A model generated the notes under the pieces. It saw only the letters and a program-made list of their open reading frames with translations. It did not search any database and was not told where the DNA came from. A stretch of DNA of 64,000 bases from assembly GCF_009914755.1 (NCBI RefSeq), contig NC_060925.1. One strand, written 5' to 3'. The position numbers were made by a program, and so were the translations under genes. This DNA is from the human T2T-CHM13v2.0 reference genome, Homo sapiens. The first letter of the stretch is position 1. Each line of letters begins with the position of its first letter. Below are positions 58,314 to 64,000 of the stretch, one piece after another.

Positions 58314-58505
58314 TGTTCTCCTCCCTGTGTCCATGTGTTCTCATGGGGGGAAGAGCATTAGGGAAAAGAGCTAATGCATGCTGGGCTTAATACCTAGGTG
58401 ATGGGTTGACAGGTGCAGCAAACCACCATGGCACCTGTTTACCTATGCGGCAAACCCGCACATCCTGCACGTGTACCCCAGAACTTAACAAAATAATAAT
58501 TTTTT
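58314..58505 (+). mobile_element. Short L1PA 3' end with 5' inversion
   Basis: 58314-58344 is the reverse complement of L1 ATGAGAACACATGGACACAGGGAGG; 58345 onward is sense 3'UTR. Confidence 0.85.
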
Positions 58506-59451
58506 TTTTAATAAAGAATGGATTGCTCAGCTCAAAGACTGCAGCCAGCTCCACTCCGACAGCCCCTGCTCCAGCCACATCACTGACCTTCCAGCAAATG
58601 CAGCTGCTCATTCCTACCTCAGAGCCTTTGCTGGAGCTGCCCTCCCTCCCAGAAAGCCCATCCTCAGGAATCTCTCAGCAAAGCCACGTCCCCTCCCTCC
58701 AGATGTGGCCTCAGCACCTCCTCTGTCCCCTCCACCTTCCAGAGGTGGCCCTGATGGATCTTGGCCCTGATGACAACAGCTTGTAGCCTCTCGGAAATTA
58801 AACGAATGAAACTCTTTCTGTACTGCATTTATTTGCTCTTGTTGACAAGGCAATTTTTAAAGTGTCTCTCAGTCTATTCTCATTTATTCATTTATTTACT
58901 CAACAAATGTTTATTGGACCCCAAGTGGGAGCCAGACCGTGTCACACACACTGCTCGCCCTCATGCCTGTCACCTCCCTCCTCTGCGGAGGGCAGCCACT
59001 GAGAAGGGAATGATGTAGGAATCTCACTGCAGCTGCACTGGGTCCAGGAGCTCCGCCTTTGTCTCAGGGTGTCTTCCTAACCGACAACCTTGCAAGGTAA
59101 GAAAGGGTCTCTCCCATCATCACAGATGCTACCCAGAGATGAGGACTGGTTTCAGAACCATCTTGAATTCCCTACTGGGTGGCAGCAGGGCTCGGTGGAC
59201 AGCATGTGGGCTCTGGAGTCAGACAGATCAGCTTCAAATCCCAGCTCTGCCATCTCCAAGCTGTGGAACTTGGACAAGGTCACTTCCCAATTGGGCCTCA
59301 GTTTCTCCTTTGTGAAATAACACTGGGGCCTCCCAACTCATCAGTTTACTTTCGGCTGGGGTAGCAGCCGAGGGGAGCCTGCAGCCTACAAGCACGTGGG
59401 GGAGTGAGGACAGTTTGCAGAGCGCAGGGTCCTGAAGCTGACTTTTCAGTC

Positions 59452-59744
<293 letters not shown>

Positions 59745-59957
59745 TTCAGTCCCCTTTATGCTGACTGGGGGGTAAGTCACCCCTGTTGTCCCACCTTTGA
59801 TGTGAGAAAGTTGGACCAGGGCTCTCCAAGGCCTCTCTCAGCTCTGAGAAGCTCTGATTACCGGAAAAGCAAGCCGGCTGCCCAGAAACAGTGGAGGCCC
59901 AGGCTCTGCCTTGAAACACTTGAGCTTCACCTCTTCTCTGGGCTCTCAGGCAGTGGC

Positions 59958-60377
59958 TGTGTTAGTCTATTTTGTGTTGCTGCAAAGGAATACCTGAGGC
60001 TGAGTAATTCGTAACAAAAGGAGGTTTATTTGGTTCACAGTTCTGCAGGGTGTACAAGCATGGCACCAGCATCTGCTCAGCTTCTGGTGAGGCCTCAGGA
60101 AGCTTCCAATCATGGCAGAAGGTGAAGTGGGTACAGGCATGTCACGTGGCGAGAGACAGAGCAAAAAGAGAGAGGTAGGAGTTGCCAGGCTCTTTTTACA
60201 CAATCAGGTTCTAGTGAACGAATAGAAAAATAACTCACCCATTATCATGAGGACAACACCAAGCCATTCACGAGATATCCACTCCCGTGATTCAAACACC
60301 TCCCACTAGGCACCCCCAACAGTGGAGGTCACATTTCAACATGCGATTTGGAGGTGACAGGACATCCAAGCATATCA
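59958..60377 (-). mobile_element. MST MaLR solo LTR
   Basis: GGAATACCTGAGGCTGAGTAATT...GGAAGCTTCCAATCATGGCAGAAGGTGAAG...CATATCA. Confidence 0.92.
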
Positions 60378-61277
60378 GCGATGGAAACGGAAACACAGCA
60401 CCTCCGAAGACAGAGAATAAAATACGCAGCCTTCACCCATTGCCAATTAGACAGATGTGACTAAAACCATGTGACAAACAGCCCCACCTCCTTCCAGCAT
60501 AGTGCCCAGAGCCAGAGTACAGAGCTGGGACACGATCTTGCATGATGGAACCTGGGAAATCAGAGCTTGGAATGCAGACCACAGAAAAGAATTGTGCTCC
60601 CGCAGTGTGGAGGGACAAAATAATGGGGTTACACCTGGGGGACATAGACAATGAATCACACCGCTTAAGCTCCTCTCTCTCCAAACGTTCACTCTGTCAC
60701 TTCCTCCCGGTTCTTGGTGACTGCTGATGAGGGGAGCGACCAAGCTGGCATTATCTGGAATGTTCCAATCAAAGGAAGTCCTACCCAGATTCTTATCTCC
60801 ATCTTTCTTGTCTTAAATCCTACAATTCACTTGCTCTCCATGTGGAAATTTCTGGCCACTTTAACACCTCATTCCCTTTCTAGTGCTTAGAGCTCCGCCT
60901 ACGTGTAGACCTGTGCATTGTGGTCTCCAGCCCCAGAGCCCTTGTACCCAGTGGACTCTGCTTCCACTGCCTTTTCCCCACCTTGTCTCCCAGCCAAGTC
61001 CCTCAACTCAGCTCTAAGAGCCTTTCCCCAAAGCCCTAGTTCTTTCCTCCCTGTTTCCACAAAGCCCTCCGTCATGGTTCATTATAATTTGCTCTGATGT
61101 ATTCCCTCCGAGCTAGACTGTGGGTTTCTGGAAGGCTGGGAGTGGGCCTGATAAGGCAGATGGGAAGGTTCCATTGCAGATCTGAGGCTGAGCCTACCAA
61201 TTGGGTGAGTTTTGGCCTCTTGGAACCTCAGGGTTCCCATCTGCAAAGTGGGAACGATCACTTCCACCCAATGGAAT

Positions 61278-61640
61278 GTATATTAGTCCAGGAAATGGAC
61301 ACTAGCTTCTGCAACCAACAAACCCTGGAATCTCAATGGCTTAACCCAATACCAGTTTATTGTCACAATTGCTGGTGAACTGGGTGGCCCTGGTCCATCT
61401 GGGACATGTGGCCTCTAAGATCACCATGGCAGGGAGAGAGAGGAGGACGCAACACGCTCGTTCTTTACTTCCTGGATTCAGAAGCCACTGGTCACTTCTG
61501 CTTGCCCTTCCTAGGCCATAATTTAGCCAAATGCCACCCTTGCAACTTCAGGGGAGACTGGAGAATATAGCTTTACTGGGTGCCCAAGAAAAGGAAACTG
61601 AACCAGGGTTTAGTGAACACATAGCCTGTCTCCACCACAG
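61278..61640 (-). mobile_element. MLT1-type LTR
   Basis: TGTATATTAGTCCAGG...AATCTCAATGGCTTAAC...TAGTGAACACATAGCCTGTCTCCACCACA. Confidence 0.7.
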
Positions 61641-63249
61641 ATTTGTTATAAAGATGACATGCCAAGGAATGTGACGTTCCTAGCTGAGTGCCCCTCACAT
61701 AGTAAATGCTCGACAAAGCTGCTAATTCTCCATTTGTTTCTTCATCCCCAGGCCCAGGCTCTAAGGAATCTGACTCCTAACAGAGGCCGTGTGAATGCTG
61801 GGTGCTGCCCTCCAGTCCCGGGTCCAGGCGTACCTGGCTGTCTCACCCTGTAGCCTCCCCTCCCTCCTCCAGCTCTCTCCAGCCCTGGCTGGGGCAGCTC
61901 TCACCACCTTTTGCACCTGGGCGGCTGTCTCTTTTCAGAGCATTGATTTGTAATCGGCCAGCGCAGCTCTAATGGGCCCGCAAGACCCCTGGCTGCACTG
62001 TGTTAGCTCCATTTAGAGGCTCAGGGCTGTGGAACACAAACAAACCTCCCCTGCCTCTCTGGAGCCAGCACCGGCTCTGGAGTCCCGGGAGAGGCAAGAG
62101 TCAGATCAGTTCTGAGGGCTGCCTGCCGGGGCTCCTTACCCAGCAATGCCCACCCTCACTCCCTCCCACAGCCTGTCTCTCCTGGCTTGGGCAGAGAACT
62201 GGGAGCTGCAGCCACACTCAGCTAGGCTCTCAGTCCATCTGGGTCCCCCCTCCCCACTGAGGGTAGACAGTAGAGGGTCTCTGCTTCTCTTCCTATTGGG
62301 GGTCTCTTGAAAAGAGCACAGGACACAGGGGCCTAAAGGACAGTGTGGTCCTCAATGCACCTTAAGTCATTCCATCATCACTACAGCTTATATCAAAGTA
62401 GGTCTTATTGGCCCCATTTTACTGATAAAGAAATTGAGGCTTGCAGATTGCAAAGCAATGTTTTCTAAACATATTTGGCCAGACAACCCACCCACTTTTT
62501 TTTTGCATGGAGTAAACCCAAAGCACCCACTTCAAAGCATGCCAATCATGGCGACCTATTTCTCACCCACAGCTGATCCAACACATGCTTCCCGGGAGCC
62601 CAGTGTGTGCCCTCCTTTAGCTCAGGGGTTCTGAACCGGGACTTCAAAGGCCTGGGACCTTCCAGCATTCGCATGTGAAACATTATCTGAATGTGCATCT
62701 TTTCAGCAAGGGTCCATAACTTCCAGTAGATCCTCAGAGGCTCCTAGGACCTGGCATAAGTGAAGAGCCCTTGCCTCGGCTTGAGTCCCTGTAGACAAGG
62801 CCCAGTTTTGATCTGGGGTTTTGCAAAAGCAACCTGAATGGCAGAGATTCAGGGAAGAGCTCCATGAGAGTGGGAGAAATGGCCCGTGTTACAGCAGGGA
62901 CGAGAGGACAGTAAACCGATGAGCTTGGCTGGAGCAGAACAGGTGTTTTGTTTGGGAACAGTGACAAATGAGGCTGGCGCATCAAGGGGACCTCGGAGAA
63001 TGGGCCAAGGCATTTAGATTTGATTGGAGAGACCACGGGGAGCCACTGGCCATTCTGGAGCCAGCAAGTGGCAGATCGGGAATCAGGTTTGCAGGAAAGG
63101 CCAGCAGGAGTGTAGAGGGGTAATGTGCTATGAGGACGGCGCTCCATGGGCAACTGGATCCAGGGAGATTCCTGCTGCTTTAGGGGTAAAAGCAGGGCTG
63201 GTGACTGTCAGGAGTATTGCAACGGAGGAGAGAGCAGTGATGCCATGGG

Positions 63250-63490
63250 GAGACAGCACGGCTGGGAGCAAGGTCCTTGGATCTGAAGGCTCGTGGTTTG
63301 AATCTCAGTTCAGCTGTTTCCTAGCTGTGCAGCTTTGGGCAAGTAACTTATCCTGTCCTCTGTGCCTGGGTTTCTTCCTTATAAAACAAGGATAACTGTG
63401 CCTGCTTGGTGGTTGTGAACATTCACTTAAATGAGAGAAAATGCACCTGAAGAAGCCCTTAGCAAGCAGCAAGGCACAATCATCAGCACT
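63250..63490 (+). mobile_element. MIR SINE
   Basis: CTAGCTGTGCAGCTTTGGGCAAGTAACTT...TGTGCCTGGGTTTCTTCCTTATAAAACAAGGATAA. Confidence 0.85.
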
Positions 63491-64000
63491 TGACAACGGT
63501 GGGGTCTGTTATGACCCCTCAATCCATCCTGTAAACACTTACCAAATCCCTGCTAGGCACCAGGTGCCCTCCTGGACATCCTAGCATGTTTGCTGACTAT
63601 AACTCAATGAGATGGATGGCATCATGCCTACTTGACAGATAAGGAAACTGAGGCACAGAGAAGTTTTTTTCATAATCAGTAGTGACGTCTGTTAGGGTTG
63701 ATCCAGAAGCTCAAATGTTAAGAGGTCAGTGACAAAAGTGTGACCTCTCTCTGACCCAGGGTGAGAGAAAATGTGCTCTTGATGTTCAAGGTCATACAAT
63801 TGATTGATTCTTGGGATTGTGGGTGAATGGGGTGCTGATCCAGGCACTGACAGCATCTCACAAACTGTAACATGCCCAAGAATCACCGGGGATGGGATGC
63901 ATGTGAAAGTTCTGACCTTTTGAGGCTGGGGTGGGGCTCAAGACCCTGCATGCTAACCAGCTCCTAAGTGATGCTTCTTTTTTCTTTTTCTTTTTCTTTT

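Overview
Primate (human-like) genomic DNA, non-coding and dominated by interspersed repeats; there are no prokaryotic features and no confidently supported protein-coding gene. Contents: about 20 Alus, many MIR and L2 fragments, three 5'-truncated L1PA 3' ends, an old L1M fragment, numerous solo LTRs (MER41 x3, MER4 x2, MER34-type, LTR8/26-type, LTR16, LTR18/47-type, THE1, MST, MLT1, MLT2), DNA-transposon MITEs (MER81, MER85, MER96B-like), and a ~10-kb non-coding MER4-group ERV1 provirus (12771-22845) with both LTRs, a tRNA-Ser PBS, a PPT and a CCAC TSD. Repeat subfamily names come from recalled consensus sequences and need RepeatMasker/Dfam confirmation. Most interesting signals: (1) two MER41 LTRs retaining intact tandem STAT1 GAS sites, plus a MER85 with its PGBD3-binding palindrome, together a candidate ERV-derived interferon-responsive regulatory cluster; (2) five splice-site-bounded segments that join in one open frame across 39 kb, which from memory resemble a predicted N-terminal extension of KLHDC7A and would place the window at 1p36.13 between IGSF21 and KLHDC7A (unverified); (3) several repeat-free islands dense in homeobox/FOX/SOX motifs that look like developmental enhancers; (4) two locally templated 140-200 bp insertions inside LTRs and a fold-back micro-rearrangement. 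I see no evidence for a wholly new biological system; the findings are candidate regulatory and mutational features.
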